Positions 24,851 through 38,849 of a stretch of DNA of 64,000 nucleotides are shown here, piece after piece. The number at the start of each line of letters is the position of its first letter. The stretch's first letter is position 1. Origin of the DNA: Sphyrna mokarran (Eukaryota); contig JAGIQG010000024.1 in assembly GCA_024679065.1 (NCBI GenBank), forward strand, positions 24,614,001 to 24,678,000, in the 5' to 3' direction. Below the pieces are notes generated by a model that saw only the letters and a program-made list of their open reading frames with translations, did not search any database and was not told where the DNA came from. Position numbers and translations under genes: made by a program.

Positions 24851-25143
24851 AGTTAAGTTTTAAGTTTATTTATTAGTGTCACAAGTAAGTTTACAATGAA
24901 GGCCTGCAAGGAAGTTACTATGAAAATCCCCTAGTCACCACACTCCAGCACCTGTTTGGCACACTGAGGGAAAATTTAGATGGCCACCGCGCCTAGCCAG
25001 CATGTTTTTCAGACTGTTGGAGGGAACCGTGGCATCCAGAGGAAACCCACATAGACATGGGAAGAATGTACAGATTCTGCACAGACATTGACCCAAGTCA
25101 GGAATCAAATTCAGGTCCCTGGTGCTATGAGGCAGCAGTGCTA
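24851..25143 (-). mobile_element. V-SINE with type-B tail
   Basis: (TAAACT)n tail, type-B body, V-domain, head ending gcagcagtgcta. Confidence 0.85.
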
Positions 25144-25149
25144 GTTACA

Positions 25150-25480
25150 GATGAAGTCCATTCAGACCATTACGTATGTGCCTTTTGAAGGAATTATTCA
25201 CCTGACACCACTTACCCCTCATAACTACACATTCTTCTACTTTGATTGAACGAGCCTCCTCCAGACCCTCAGGCAATGTATTTCAGATCCTCACCACTAT
25301 TTCTGCTTCTGCCAAATACCTTAAGTGTGTATCCTCTTGATTTCGATCCTGACACCAATGGGAACAGTTTCTCCCTTACTTCAGACCTCTCATGATTTTG
25401 TATAACTATCAAATCTCCTCTCCACTTTCTCTTCACCATGAAGAACAGTCCTATGTTCTCCAGTCCACTGTGCAACTATA
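25150..25480 (-). mobile_element. Old CR1 3' fragment
   Basis: ORF 25269-25475 GLFFMVKRKWRGDLIV...REKLFPLVSGSKSRG. Confidence 0.75.
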
Positions 25481-25624
25481 GTTCCTGGTGCCAAAGTTTC
25501 ACTGAAAAGAAAATGTACTGTTTACTTCTGTCTCTTCCACATGGGTTATATGGAACTGTGCGGAATATCTGAATAATGGTCTAGTCCATACCAGCATTTA
25601 TGCTTCACTTGAAGCTTCTCCCAT

Positions 25625-25855
25625 CTTGGATCACTGTTTGTGTGGAGTTTGCACATTCTTCCTGTATGCGCAGGGGTTCCTTATGGTGCTCTGATTTCCT
25701 CCCACATTCCAAAAATATGTAAGTTAGGTGGATTGGCCATATTAAATTAGTATCAGGGAGACTAGCTAGTGTAAATGTATGGGGTTATGGAGATGGGGTT
25801 TGGGTAGGATTGTGGTTGGTGCAGATTCGATGGGCAGTGGGGGTAGGGATTTTGA
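25625..25855 (+). mobile_element. V-SINE, 5'-truncated
   Basis: cactgtttgtgtggagtttgcacattct...ttcctcccaca...ggattggccat. Confidence 0.8.
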
Positions 25856-26605
25856 GAAATTGGGCTCAGATTAGATTTACATACAGAGGAAACTAGAACC
25901 CAACAAACCACATGCAGTTAGTGCTGAGGTAAATGGATCTCATTTTTGCTAGTGCTCTGCTTCCTACAGTGTGCATCTCACAATTTTTAAGAATAATTCT
26001 TTTGTGAACAAGATCTATAAAACTGTCAAGCTGTCAAATTATTTAAATTTCTTCTTCTTTAAATTTTGAAGAAAATAGCCTGCCTGTATTGGAGTTGAAA
26101 AATCAGTTACTTGCAATTTCAATAGTTTTTTGTTGACATAAGATTGAAGGTTACCATTATAATACTATTATTGTTTGTCTGTTTCCTCTTTCTATCATTA
26201 GAAGATGGCATGTAAATTCATTGTTTGATTGACAGCTCCAATAGGTTATTAAGGGGTTAACAAACTTTAACATAGAGTTATGAATACAAGTGTTTATTTT
26301 CATTGAGAATTAAGTACTTGATAGGGATTTAAATGTATTGAGTGGGCTTTTATGGTTCTTGAACATTCTTGATTACTGGATCAGTAATAAGATTCTCATT
26401 AAAATGAACAATACCAAATTACTTTCTGGGAATCATTGTACTATCACACCAAGAAAAATATTCAATAACCAAAGTGAATTAATTACATTTTGAAGAAACT
26501 ATCCCAGATCTGTATTAAACCCATTCTCAATCGGGGAGAGCTAAGCAGCAAATCTATCAACATGCCACCCACAAAATCTAACAACTGCAGCACAAATGCA
26601 CTAAT

Positions 26606-26892
26606 TGGCACAGTTGTTAGCACTGCTGCCTCATAGTGCCAGGAGTCTGTGTTCGATTCCCAGGCTGAGGCACTGTCTGTGCAGACCCTGCGTATTCTTC
26701 CCATGACTGAGTGGGTTTCCCCTGGTTTCCTCTCTCAGTCTGAAAGGTGTGCTGGTTAGGTGCTTTGGCCATGCTAAATCCTCCTTCAGTGTACCCGAAC
26801 TGGTGTAGGAGTGTGGCAACTAGGGAAGTTTCACAATAACTTCATCGTAGTGTTAATGTAAACCTACTCCTGACATTAATAAATAAACTTAA
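26606..26892 (+). mobile_element. V-SINE with type-B tail
   Basis: Head tggcacagttgttagcactgctgcc...gttcgattcc, tail tgacattaataaataaactt. Confidence 0.85.
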
Positions 26893-29587
26893 AAGCTTCA
26901 AATTCTACCTCACAATGAATATGTAGACATAATCTGGATATTAGTTAAATAATCATCAGCCTCAAATAAACACACAAGATTAAATTAAATTACATCTTGA
27001 ATTTTTATCAAAATTCAAGTGCCATTCTTGTTGTTTGGTCCAATAATGAGAATACAAAGATGGAATCATACAGTGCAGAAGAGGCACTTTGGCTCATCAT
27101 GTCTGCACTGATATGGGAGAAACACCTAACCTACCATCTAATCCCATTTATTAGCGCTTGCGCATAACCTTGAATGTTATGACACGCCAAGTGCTCATCC
27201 AACTGCATGGATTTATGGAGAATATGAAGACGAACATAACTCTATACAATGTTCTCCATAAATCCAGCTTTTATTCACTGTTAAGCATTGGAATTGATTT
27301 AGCTCTGTTGCATAAATGGAAAGAAGACAGAGCCTTCATTTATTCCACTCATTTAGATTCTCAGGTCATTCCAAAATGTTTCACAGTCAACTAATTACGT
27401 TTGTGATGTCATCACAAACGTAATTGTTGTCTAGCAAATATAGCAGGCAATTTTGTGTACAGCAAAATCCCACTAACAATAGTAGATCTACTCCAGAGCT
27501 GATGGTTGAAGGATATGTTGTAATATATATTTAACAATGTGAGCATATATCTGTATTGTGCATTCCAGTTTTAGGTCCACTTTCACTTTAACGAGCAGAG
27601 TGGAGAACAACTTCTAGAGTTTCCAAGCTATATAACATTACAATACTGTTCCCGTGTATCTAATCTTACTCTCTGAACCCACAGGATGAAATTGTAGTGG
27701 GCAGGGAGGCGGACCATGCAATGTCCATCGACCTTGGGTGGGACTTTCCAGACTTGGGGCAAGCACAGGTGGCAAATCCTGCCTATAATGTATTTAGCCC
27801 AATCTTTATGAGTGATTGGTGCCTGATTTCTGATTCAGCAAATGAATTCAAAGAACTTATATCTGCAAGAGAACACAACAGGGTTAAATGTTGACCATCT
27901 AAAAATCAATGGCCTGGAATTTTTTGAAAATTTGCACTGAAGCAGTTTTGCTAGTGTGGCAAAATGCATATCTTTATATCAAGAGAGTTTGGGGATTTGG
28001 TGGAAATGAGTGTAAGCCACTTATTCCTATTTCTTTTCAATATTATGTTGAATCCACAAAAAGTTCAACCAAATATCTCTCTAGGTCTCACCATTGCCCT
28101 TGCAAAACTGCAACTCAAGCATATTTATTAAACTTATACTGATTTGGAAAGGGTCTAAATTTATGCTGAGACTTCTAAACACATCAGGACACTGAGCTAA
28201 TATTTCTAGTGTTCTATGGAGTTAATTTTAAGTGTTTTTTTAAATTTGTCCTTACTTGAAACTCACAATACATTTTGTGTTGATCAAGATGTTTTGGTTA
28301 ACTCCTCTGGTGGCTCAGGGAATATATTGAAGGAATGGTTGAACCATATAGACGTTGAAAGTCTGGATTTGATCTGAGGACTATGCTGAGTTACCTGATT
28401 GCATCGAGCTGGCAGTCAGAACTTTATAATTTATTTATTTTATACTTATTGCTATACAAAACACGTGGTATTAAAAACAAGAACAGCAACCACAACATCA
28501 AACAGTACATACATAGACAATACTTTGAGTGGGAATGTCAGCATTTACCTTAAACTTTATGAGTAGCTGGTACACCTACATCTGGAGTATGCACATCTGG
28601 AGCATGCATCCACAGCTTGGAATCCACACTTTTGAAGGGATATACAGTTAATAAAGAGAGACTGCAAAGTATTCCTAGGAAAATGGAGGGCATGACGGAA
28701 TATCTTATGAGGAACATAAGAACTCTTGATTATGATCTTTAGAGAAGAGAAGACTAATTTTTGATTTAGTTGAAGGGGCATTTTCCCATCCCATCAGCCG
28801 TGGACATCCTAGCAGGCGAGGGGCAGACGATGCAAAGGTCTGTTGACCGCGTACAGGTTTTTCTAAATTCGGGGGTCGGCATAGCCAAAAAATCCTACCT
28901 GGGGTTTATAAATCAACATGTGGCCTGACTAGCCTAAACGGCTTGTTACTCGCAATGACAATACTTTGCGTGGTCATCAGTATAAACTGCAGAAATTTGG
29001 TTCATATGTTGACATTCACAAATGTTTTGTTCACATAGAATTGTTGATACATGGAACACTTCACCCATTATGTATAATGAGTCAACAGATGTGAATTGGG
29101 AGTGAGAACATGAATCTATCTTTCCATTTCTGAATAATATTAGCTGACCACTCTCAAAATGTGCACGTGTGTAAGTTGCAAGAGGACAAGCCAAGATGCC
29201 CATTGAGACAAAATAGTTTGTCAGCAGTCAAACCCGGATTATATCTGAGATCTTAGCATCATACTTGCACTATTCATTCCAAATAACTCAGTGCTAGCAT
29301 TAAGATAATTCCAGGCTTCATTGTCAAGGCTCCACACACAGATGAAATGATCTACAGGAGTGTGACCCACAGCTATGGAACTGCATACCAAAAAAGGAGT
29401 CAACACCTTTATGAAGCAAAGGATGAGAAATGGCAGGGAAAATAATTTCTCTTTGGCTCCTTGAGCCACCACAGATATGCTAAACTATCACCTTAGGAAA
29501 GACTTGATCCTTTAACAAAGTAAATCATCAAGCAAGAAACCTTCTCTACTTACCAAGAGTAGGTTGAAGATTAATGGTGGCTTTTAG

Positions 29588-29782
29588 ATCACCAGATTAA
29601 AGTCCAACAGGTTTATTTGGTATCACAAGCTTTCAGAGCACTGCTCCTTCATCAGGTGAGATGTTATATCACTTAACTGATGAATGAGCAGTGCTCTGAA
29701 AGCTTATGATACCACACAAACCTTTTGGACTTTAACCTGGGTGTTATGAGACTTCTTACTGTGCCCATCCCAGTCCAGCTTC
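29588..29782. mobile_element. Penelope-like non-autonomous remnant (family 1) made of two inverted terminal-repeat copies
   Basis: Left arm caccagattaaagtccaacaggtttatttggtatcacaagctttcagagcactgctccttcatcaggtga is the reverse complement of the right arm actgatgaatgagcagtgctctgaaagcttatgataccacacaaaccttttggactttaacctgg. Confidence 0.7.
29623..29659 (-). ncRNA. Minimal type-I hammerhead ribozyme motif (Penelope-associated type)
   Basis: Minus strand UCAC-CUGAUGA-A-GGAGC-AGU-GCUCU-GAAA-GC-UU-GUGA. Stem I UCAC/GUGA, stem II GGAGC/GCUCU, both core boxes intact, palindromic AAGCUU in place of stem III. Transcription and activity not shown. Confidence 0.65.
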
Positions 29783-30039
29783 ACTTCACGATCACTAAGC
29801 CTCAACTTACTGACAAATGCACAATATTTGAAAGTAATTGTGATCATCAGTCTATTAACATGTGGAGCATGTATCCACATTGTAGCAATCCACTGCTACA
29901 AAACCTTATAAATATTATTAAAGTGATATTCACAAATATATTGTTGAACTAAAATGATCTAAACAATCTACCATTTAGTAATTGGATGGTGAGGATTACA
30001 GGCTACTATTCAAAAATTTGGATTTACCTCAGAACATCA

Positions 30040-30605
30040 TCCTTGGCTCAATAGTAACACACCTGTCTCAGAAAGTCGATTGTTCAAGTCCCACCAGTGA
30101 AATGAGCCTGTAGTCAAAGCTGATACTTCAGTGTGTACTGAGGGAGTGCAGAAACTATTTAAGGTACCAACTGAGGTGTTGAATTGAGGCTCCATCTGTT
30201 TACTTATATGAATGTTAAAGAGTCCATGACACTACTCTGAAGAAGAAGAGGGTGCCCTTGCTGCTATCAATATTCATTCTTCTACCAACATCACAACAAC
30301 AGATGATCTTGACCGGAAATTTCCTGTCCCATGTGAATCATAGTGGGAGGGACAGAAAATTCGATGGACCATTTAAAAGTCTGTTGACCTCAGATGGGAA
30401 TTCCCAATCTTTGGGCATATGCGGCCAGAAAATCCCATCCCTTATTATTATCTCATTTTTATTTTTGGGAGTTTAGTATATATGTGAACTACCCTAAAAT
30501 GTAACAGCGGCTGCATTTTAAAAAGTATCTTATTGGCTGTCAAGCAACTCGGACATTTCTGAGGCCTTGAATGGTGCTATATAAATGCAATACATTCTTC
30601 TTTCA
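30040..30605 (+). mobile_element. DeuSINE-like (SacSINE1-like) SINE interrupted by a MITE
   Basis: Head tggctcaatagt...gttcaagtccc, tactgagggagtg, tail attggctgt...gctatataaatgcaa. MITE at 30311-30440 with TSD CTT. Confidence 0.7.
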
Positions 30606-33379
30606 GCAATGTCCTCAATATCTGGCCAGTTTCTGCTTCCTGTGCATTTTCTATCCAGTACAGTATCCTCTCACTTTCTCACAATTAAAAGAAAATGTTT
30701 CAGGATGTCTCTGGCGGCTGTTTCTAATGCACAGGTTACAATACAGCTCCTGACACGTAACTAACTATTCCTAGACCCCATAAAAAATGAAAGTGCAGTG
30801 ATTCTTTTCAGCGGGGTGGTGGGAAAACTAAATCCTATGCAGTTCTGTAGGGTAGAATTAAGAGCCCGGCAGAAACCTCTCCAAGATCAATGCATGGACA
30901 GCTTTGATCTTGGAACGAGCTCCTTTTGATTACAACTCTCAAAGTGTCTGCCTTGTCTCCCGAGAGTTCTGGAATCAAGCTTTTACTTTAATCTCTCCAT
31001 CATTAGTGCTGCTTACACAGGAAGTTGACACTTCCCAAAGACCTCTGGGACTTTTGCTCTCAGGCTGAATTCTGAGGTTTGAACATCCACATGAAATCTC
31101 TTAACCATTTTCTACTTTCTTTTGCTGTCATGTTAAAAACATTCCGCACCCTGTGTCCTAGAACCAATTCTATTTTAACCTAAACATCTTTTATATTTAA
31201 ATAGTATTTGCTAACCCATGCTTAGTTTTGCTCTCCTACACCTAACAATTTGTAATATATTAATGGAATCAGATATATCACTTCTGAGGAAAGAAATCGG
31301 GATGGAATGAAAGGCATTTAGATTCTGTACATCAGTAGGAATCTCATATGGCTTTTATTGATGTATTTATTTATTCATGTTTTCATTCTTTGTTTTCTCA
31401 TTTCTGCTGCGCTGTGCAGTGTAGGAACTGTGCCTAAAGTGAATGGTAAATTCTGCGGCATTTCTTAAACACTGGTTGAAATAAGCAGGTTAATGACTTC
31501 ATTTGAAATTAAGCTATCTAGGAATTTTACACAAATGCATTAACCATTTCATTAAAATTAGTGCCTCATTAAAATTAGGTGTATCAGTCAGCTGGACACT
31601 AGTAGATTCCCTGATAGTGAAGGGGTATCTTTTCTTGTTCAATCGTGGGACATGGGTGTCTCCAGCTGGCCAACATTTATTGCCCATTCCTAGATGCCCT
31701 TGCATGTTACAATGTGACATTGTGAACAAAAGTACATTTAACTTTTTTAAAGCAATCTTTCAAAGTTTGTCAGGAATTAAAACTGTAACGGTTACAGATA
31801 CAAAAAAACGGTCAGTTATAAACAGCTTGGACCCAAACAGGAAGGTAGCCAAACCTTCAGAAATGTCTAATGCTTATCAAGGCACTAAGTGTTATCAAAT
31901 CACAAAATCAATCTGCAGTACTGTGGGGGGAATAAAGAATACTCCACAACATGGATAATATATTGAAGACTATTGAAAACCAAAGAAACATCTTTTACTA
32001 TAAAAAGAGACAGTTTCTATAGGGTGAATGGAGTTGGTTCATCACACAGAATAGGAAAGAATTGCACCCCGATTATTCGATAGATCACTGAAGACAATAA
32101 ATCTTGGACCAGTTTGATGATCTGCAGTCTTACTTTCAGTCAGATACTTGCAGAATCATAGGTTACAAGGCCTCCTGTTACATTGCTTGACTCCATATAT
32201 ATCTCTCTGTTTCACATTCTGTCACTGTGAAATTTCTTCACCTTGCTAACTTCTGTCAGACCTTCAAAATGGACCTCTTTACCGTGCTTTCAGTGCTTTC
32301 TCCCAATCTATTGCTACTCAGTTTCCGCCACCAAATCGGAAGTGGTTTGTAAAAGAGAAAGTGAAACTACAGATGATCAATAGGGCTTAAATTCTGTTAA
32401 CATTACAGTCAGGAACAATGGGGTATTTAAGGTATATTCAACCATGAAGGGAAATTAAAGTAAACACAGGTAGCTGGAGGATGATGGAACTCCATTGAGC
32501 TGGCAGTTGATTCTTTTACGAGGCACTGCACATTGAACATGTTGCAGATCAAAGACTTCAAGTACAATGCTGGGAAGTCTCACTAACTTCAAGTCAAAGC
32601 TGTGTGTGTCTAACTGGGGCAGAGTGCAGAGCTGTGCAGACTGGAACCACCCAGCCCCAGGTGAAAATGACATCTCCTCTCTGTCAGAGGACCACAAAGG
32701 GGTCTGCTGTCACCTACAGCTTCCGAAAGGGAGCAAGGAAAATCTGTGCTGCAGAATGGAGTTGTGCTATGATTTGAAATCCTGTCAGGTGACCAGAGGC
32801 GCAGGGAATGGGGGTGGGGTTGGAGGGGTGGGGGGAAGGAGTTCGGGGGGAGGTGGTGATGCATGAAGATGAAAGTGACCTGGCTACTTCAGAATTTGCA
32901 CAAATGACAGGCAGGAATGCAGATGTTGATTCAGGGCTGCCTGAAATCACCATATCAAGGTGATCTTCAGGTCTATAAGGGCTAGAAGGGCCAATCCAAC
33001 CATAACACCCCCATCCTGGTGTAGAGTGGCAAGGTTAACTCCTTGCCATAACCTGAGCCCACCCAACCTCCAGGAGCATTGAGGGACCCTTCTTCTGCAG
33101 CCTGGCATCAGCAGCAGGGTAGATGACCACTATCCCTACCTCCTCAAGCTACCACGGATAGCAAAGTGCCGAGCCAGGGTGTCAGTGCCATGGTGCCAGG
33201 GGCAATTCATTGTTGGCCATGATGCAAGGCTTGAAGGGGACAAAATTGAGGTCTGAGGGGGAAGGGAGGATAACTGGGAGGAGTCCGGGGGTGAGGGGAG
33301 TTGAGTGAGGGGAGGTGTCGACCCACCCTCATGCTTGCATGGTGTGTGGGGGAGTAGAGGTGGGAGGGAGTGCGAGGAT

Positions 33380-33501
33380 CACCCAGAAGAAACCCATGCA
33401 AACACGGGAGATTGAGAAAGTTCCACTCAGATGCTGACTCAAGGCCAGAATTGAACCTGGATCCCCGGCACTGTGCTAACCACTGCACCACTGTGCCATC
33501 C
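33380..33501 (-). mobile_element. V-SINE head and V-domain fragment
   Basis: gaaacccatgcaaacacgggag...ttgaacctggatccccggcactgtgctaaccactgcaccac. Confidence 0.75.
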
Positions 33502-34203
33502 CATTTCTTTTGATTTTTTTTGATATTTCATCTGTTAATACATTTCCTAAAAGACATCAGCACAAATGTGTCATTTTAAGTAGGAGTTGGGGATGAGAAT
33601 GAGCTGAGGGAGTGAGTTCCATTTGTCACTAGCTCTCTCCAGCCCTCTCTGTGAGTTTTGGGGTAAATGGTGGATGCAGCACATTGTTAACTTGATGCTG
33701 CCAGCCCTGTAATATTTGAATTCCAGGACCAGGGATATATGCCCTGCTGCATATTCCTCACCATAAAGATGATGGCTGTGTGTGCAACTGCACAGGCACA
33801 GTGTTGATAGCCGATGTTGACATTTAAACATGCAGTTCAATGAGTCTCAGCAGATTCATGTTCGAATTGACTCTGATTATGTAACACTGAGAGGCAGGAA
33901 GAGGCGTTAAACTCTTTGCATTCATTTGATCGGTAAATAGCAATGATACGTAGCACCACGCAGCCAATTGTGTCCTACTAATTTTAAATCGTGTCTTAAA
34001 GAGTCATTACGTTTCTTTACAAGCTATTGTGCATCCTTACTGTGTTAGTGAGCACACTTAATTCAGAAACTTTATGGAGTAATGCAGTCTAACCTGGTGT
34101 GCACTCCTCTCCCAGTTCGGAACTGTTGTTAATAGCAAATCAGGTGAAGTAATCTGAGATGCAAATGGAATGGCAGGTCTTAAACTGAATTGTAATGTAC
34201 ATA

Positions 34204-34447
34204 TGGTGGAATTTTCCGATCCCGGCTGCCATGGGAATGGTAGTGGGCAGGACAGGATCATATAAAGATCCATTGACCTTAGGCTGGAATTTTTTCTCCT
34301 GGGGCGAACGCGGATGGATAATCCCGCCCATAGGCCAGATTGTCTGCTCCAATTCTGGGGTGGGCAAAGCTCAGAGAATGGCATTTTCCATTGGCCTTAG
34401 GTAGGATTGTATGAACCTTGGGAGGATGTGCCGGTAAAATTCTAGCA
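34204..34447. mobile_element. Hairpin MITE
   Basis: Ends tggtggaattttccg and ccggtaaaattctagca, 3-bp TSD ATA. Confidence 0.7.
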
Positions 34448-35304
34448 ATAGTGTACTTCCTTCCCGTGTCTATGTTCACTGCAGGGTGAGTGAACCCTTA
34501 GAGAAGGAGCACATGGTGTCCACTGATACACTTGAGGACTTCCATAACCTGTAGGCACCACGGTTGAGGGCTAAGGTGTAACATCACCCTTGGGAATGAT
34601 ATTTTGGTTTTGGTGATTAAACTTTCTTTCACATTTTTGTGTTAGTTACATTGCCTCACCAGAGGCTATCTGTCACCTCTTACATGTACTGATTTATATC
34701 TAACTTATTCATTTTTGTTTTCCTAAAGCAGCATAGTTTGCTTCCATCTTGAATTGCCCAGGAACACTTCTTGTCAGATAAGATTATCTTTGTGTGCAAG
34801 TATTCGGGGTTGGTTATAAACAAGCACAAGAAGGATATAAATGAAAGCCAGTGACTTCAATGTGGTTACATTTGAACATATTTCTATGAAAGCTAGTACA
34901 GATCATTTGAAACTTCAATGGTTGTCAGGCAAAGCTGATAATTCATGTGATGCACTATTCTGAATCAAATAAATATGATGCTGTGCTTGATACCTTTTGA
35001 TTTTTAAAAGATAGAACCTCCACAGACTTATACTTAAAAAGGCCCATTGATTTTTGTTGGCAAGATAATTATGGAGTCAATTGTTTATTGTTTCCTATGT
35101 CCATATTAATGTTGTATGGAGTGACAAGTTGATGTAGTCACATGACTGTAATGGTGAATAGGACTGCCAAGAAATTAATATTTCAAATGTTTCCAACTCT
35201 TCTTCAAAGAATGTTTTTCTTTTCTTCACTTTTACATCCTTGTTGACTGATTTCCAGAATGACCTCATTAAACCCATATCTCTCAAGTGGTATAATTTAG
35301 AAGA

Positions 35305-35997
35305 ATCTCGGTGTACAGGTCTACAGTTCCCTGAAAGCTGCAACACACGTCAATAAGGTAGTCAAGAAGTTGTCCTATTTGTTTGCCTTCATCAGTTGGG
35401 ACAGAGTAGAAAAATTTGACAATTCTTGTTGAAGCTGTGTAGAACTTCAGTTAGGTCACATTTGGAATGTTGCATACAGTTCTGGAGGCCACATTACCAG
35501 TGGGATATAAAGACTTTGGAAAGGGTACGGAAAAGGTTTACCAGGATATCGCCTGGTTTGGACAGTTTTGGCTATGAGGAGAGATTGGACAAATTTGATT
35601 TATTTTCACTTGAATGTCAGAGGCTGAGAGGCAACCTGATCGAAGTTTACAAAATTATGAGAGGCGTGGATAATTGGGAATCTTTTTCCCAGGGTAGACA
35701 TGACAATTACTGGGGGATATAAGTTTAAGGTAAAAAAGGGGTAAGTTTAAAGGAGATGTGAGAGTCAAGTTTTGTACACAGAGGGTGGTAAGTGCTGGAA
35801 TGCACTGCCAATGGAGATGGTAGAAGCAGACACAATAGCAACACTTAAAAGGCAATCTTAACAGATACACAAATAGGCAGGGAGTAGAGGGATACAGACC
35901 ATGCAGAGATAAAAGGTCTTTAGAAAGACATCATGTGTTGGCACAGGCTTGGTAAGCCGAAAGGCCTGTCCCTTGCTGTATTGTTCTTTGGTCCTTG
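35305..35997 (+). mobile_element. CR1 3' fragment
   Basis: ORF 35426 VRSHLECCIQFWRPHY...LERVRKRFTR...LRGNLIEVYKIMRG and tail gccgaaaggcctgt...gttctttg. Confidence 0.9.
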
Positions 35998-37246
35998 TCC
36001 TTTGTTTATAGCAGGTTTCTAATTGGTAACTGTTACAAACAGGTGAAGAAGGTAGGATGGTTTCCCTCTGTTTTCATTCCTTGTTTGGCCACAAAAGATT
36101 TTTTAAAAAGAGAATGTGCTTGCTAATTCAACAAGCATTTAGCTATGACTAGCTGTACTTCTTATAGACACTTATTTTTCCTTTGAGGAATAGTGGAAGG
36201 ATTCCCCAGCTGATTATTAGTTTATTGAACCATGTTGTGAACGCTTTTTCCATGGCCAACTAGTCCTGGCATTGCATTTGAACCCAAATCCTCTAGTCCA
36301 GAGATAGAGACACTGTTACTGTGCCACAAATCTTCCCCTGTGATCATTAAAGACACAAATAAACATGTTACCTTAAGTTTTAAAAAGAAAGATTAGTATT
36401 TATTGTACATAACCTGGTCTAAAATGTTCCATTTCATGCACACGCCTGCGCACAGGTGTTTACTCACACAGGTGGATTACAGCATTGGTGGGTATATTAA
36501 GAATTTAAAATTCAGGTTATATGGATCTTGAAGATTGTGACTTAGTTGGCTTCTGGCTGGACTCAGTGATCCTTCTAAATTTGGCATTGATATCGTTTAA
36601 AGATGTCGGTGGACAATTTATCCTTCTTTTGAAGAGAGTAGCTGCTGGATTGATCTTTTAAAAATAGAATTGTACTTGAGGAACAAAAAGCAATAGGCAG
36701 GGTTCAAAACTTGCACATTGCATGGGCAGAGAGAGAGAGGGAGAGACCCAAACATGGATCTTGCTTCTTCACCATCTCATTTGATAGGACCAGTCTGAAG
36801 AGAAAACAGGTACCTAAACACACAAAGGTCAGCTGGCTTGTCACATGACCCTACCTCTGCAACTGCCCAGATAGCCCAAATATGGTTATAGTATAATGGA
36901 TTCCAGATCCAGAAAACTGTCTGCACCCAGCTGTCTGCATCCACATCGCAATTTTGCTAGTGGGAGAGAGGCATTGGGACCCAACCACCACTGAGCTAAT
37001 TGAGGCTCTTTAGTCACCAATTAGTAGCCACTTAAAGGCCTCCCACCTCCACCCTAATTTTACCTAGGGACGAAGGGGAGATGGCGGTGGGGAGGGCAGA
37101 AGGGTTTTGGGAGAAGGAGGAAAAGTTGGAACGCAGTGTCCAGCCCGACAGGTCTCACCAGGTAAGCTTGTGGCCGGTCAAGGAGGGATGGTGCTAACTC
37201 CCTGTGCCTATCATACCCCCCGCCTCTCCAAGACCAATTTTTCTTA

Positions 37247-37308
37247 ATTGGTCGGCACAACATCGAAGGCCGAAGGGCCTGTTCTGCGCTGTAATGTTCT
37301 ATGTTCTA
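37247..37308 (+). mobile_element. Ultra-short (about 60 bp) young CR1 tail
   Basis: attggtcggcacaacatcgaaggccgaagggcctgttctgcgctgtaatgttctatgttcta, near-identical to the tail at 61785-61839. Confidence 0.85.
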
Positions 37309-38849
37309 AGACCTTCCCACCACGCCCTTGCACTGTTCAGCTCCCCATCTTAGTCACGGGTGTCAGTGAAGCCACTGGGACCCCAACAAGACACCAGACA
37401 TCTCTTAAAGTCCAGCCTCTATCACAGCACAACCTCTGCAAGACCACTGAAGTCACAGCAGTGATTGCCCCTCCCACTGGTGCTGCTGGGGCCAGAGATC
37501 CAGCCATTGGATTGGCTGGCAGCTCTCAGATTGGGATCTCCTCCCCAGATTGAGGCAAAGTCCCACATCAAGCTAAAGATTGGCCCAAAGGCCATTGAAT
37601 TGTTGTGGTTAAGATGGCCAAGAGGATTGTCCCTGACTTATACACTGGGCCTCCTTCTCTCAATAAAGTTCAACCCAATTGTCCTCATAACATCTGATTG
37701 CTTTCCTGCAATCCAGGTTCATGGATCTTCCCTTCACTTTATTACAAGCATAAAAACTAACATCAAATCTATAAATAAAAGGCCACTACACCAACTAACT
37801 CTATACTTGGATACCGGTCACCTTGCAGAATTAAGCATTGCACTTGTACCAACTCCTGGTGGCAATCTTCTCTGTCCATTTTGTTTTAACGAATTGGCAA
37901 ATTGCAAAGTGGCTACAATGTGGAAGATGGCAGACACCAGATCCTAGACTGATATCTTTGCATATGGTTGTGGTTGGCAAACTTGAGTATGTCTGGGCTT
38001 TGGGGGCTGAGTGTGAGCCGGAATAGACTAAGCCACTAGGATTGTCTGGCACTTTTAAGGGCATGGGCAATGTAGTGGAGGAGCGTGCATGCTGTCACAT
38101 GATAAACACCTCGCCCATAAAGTCATTGTCATTTCTCTGGGAAAGTATTTCAGCATTCGTAAAGCTTTGTTCTAGGGCATGAGTGAGATAATGCAGTGGA
38201 AGCTCGTGTTGATGCAAGGCACCACAACCTCGCAGCCCCTCAAGTTCAATTTCCATAGTACATGAGGCTCCAGTCTCTTACTTGCTCATGGCTCAGGTTG
38301 AGTGATGGTGCATTTTCAAGAAAACTGTCCTTTTCTTCCGGAAGTGCTTTCACAGATTCTATATCTTAAATGAACGAGGAACAAGGGTTAGTTTTTAATA
38401 CAAAAGATAACCAGAGAGATGGCTGTCTCCTAAAAGCAGCTGAAGTTTGTCATGAAAAGCATAGAATGAGATAGAAATGAGGGGAGAAAAAATGGTTACG
38501 ATGTGAAATAATCAGTCCTGAAGCAGATGGGGGCTGGGGCGTTAAAATTAATACCTTCATCTTTCTTCCTTCTGTCATAGTTGTCAGCCTTGGGTGAAAC
38601 AGTTGGCCAGTGGATTAGAGTTACATCCAATATCAACCCATGTTTTAGTAGTTGTGCAATTGTATAATGCTTGATAGATGGTTACAGATGTTGACTGTGC
38701 TTTTATTTTAGCACAGAAGTCTATCTAGCAGTTAGATATCAGTACACATGTATACATTAATGATACGTAGCCCAGAATTTCTTTTCAGCATGACTACTAC
38801 ATAACCATTTATTCAAGGAAATTCATGCATAAATGATTTGTGCAGATTT

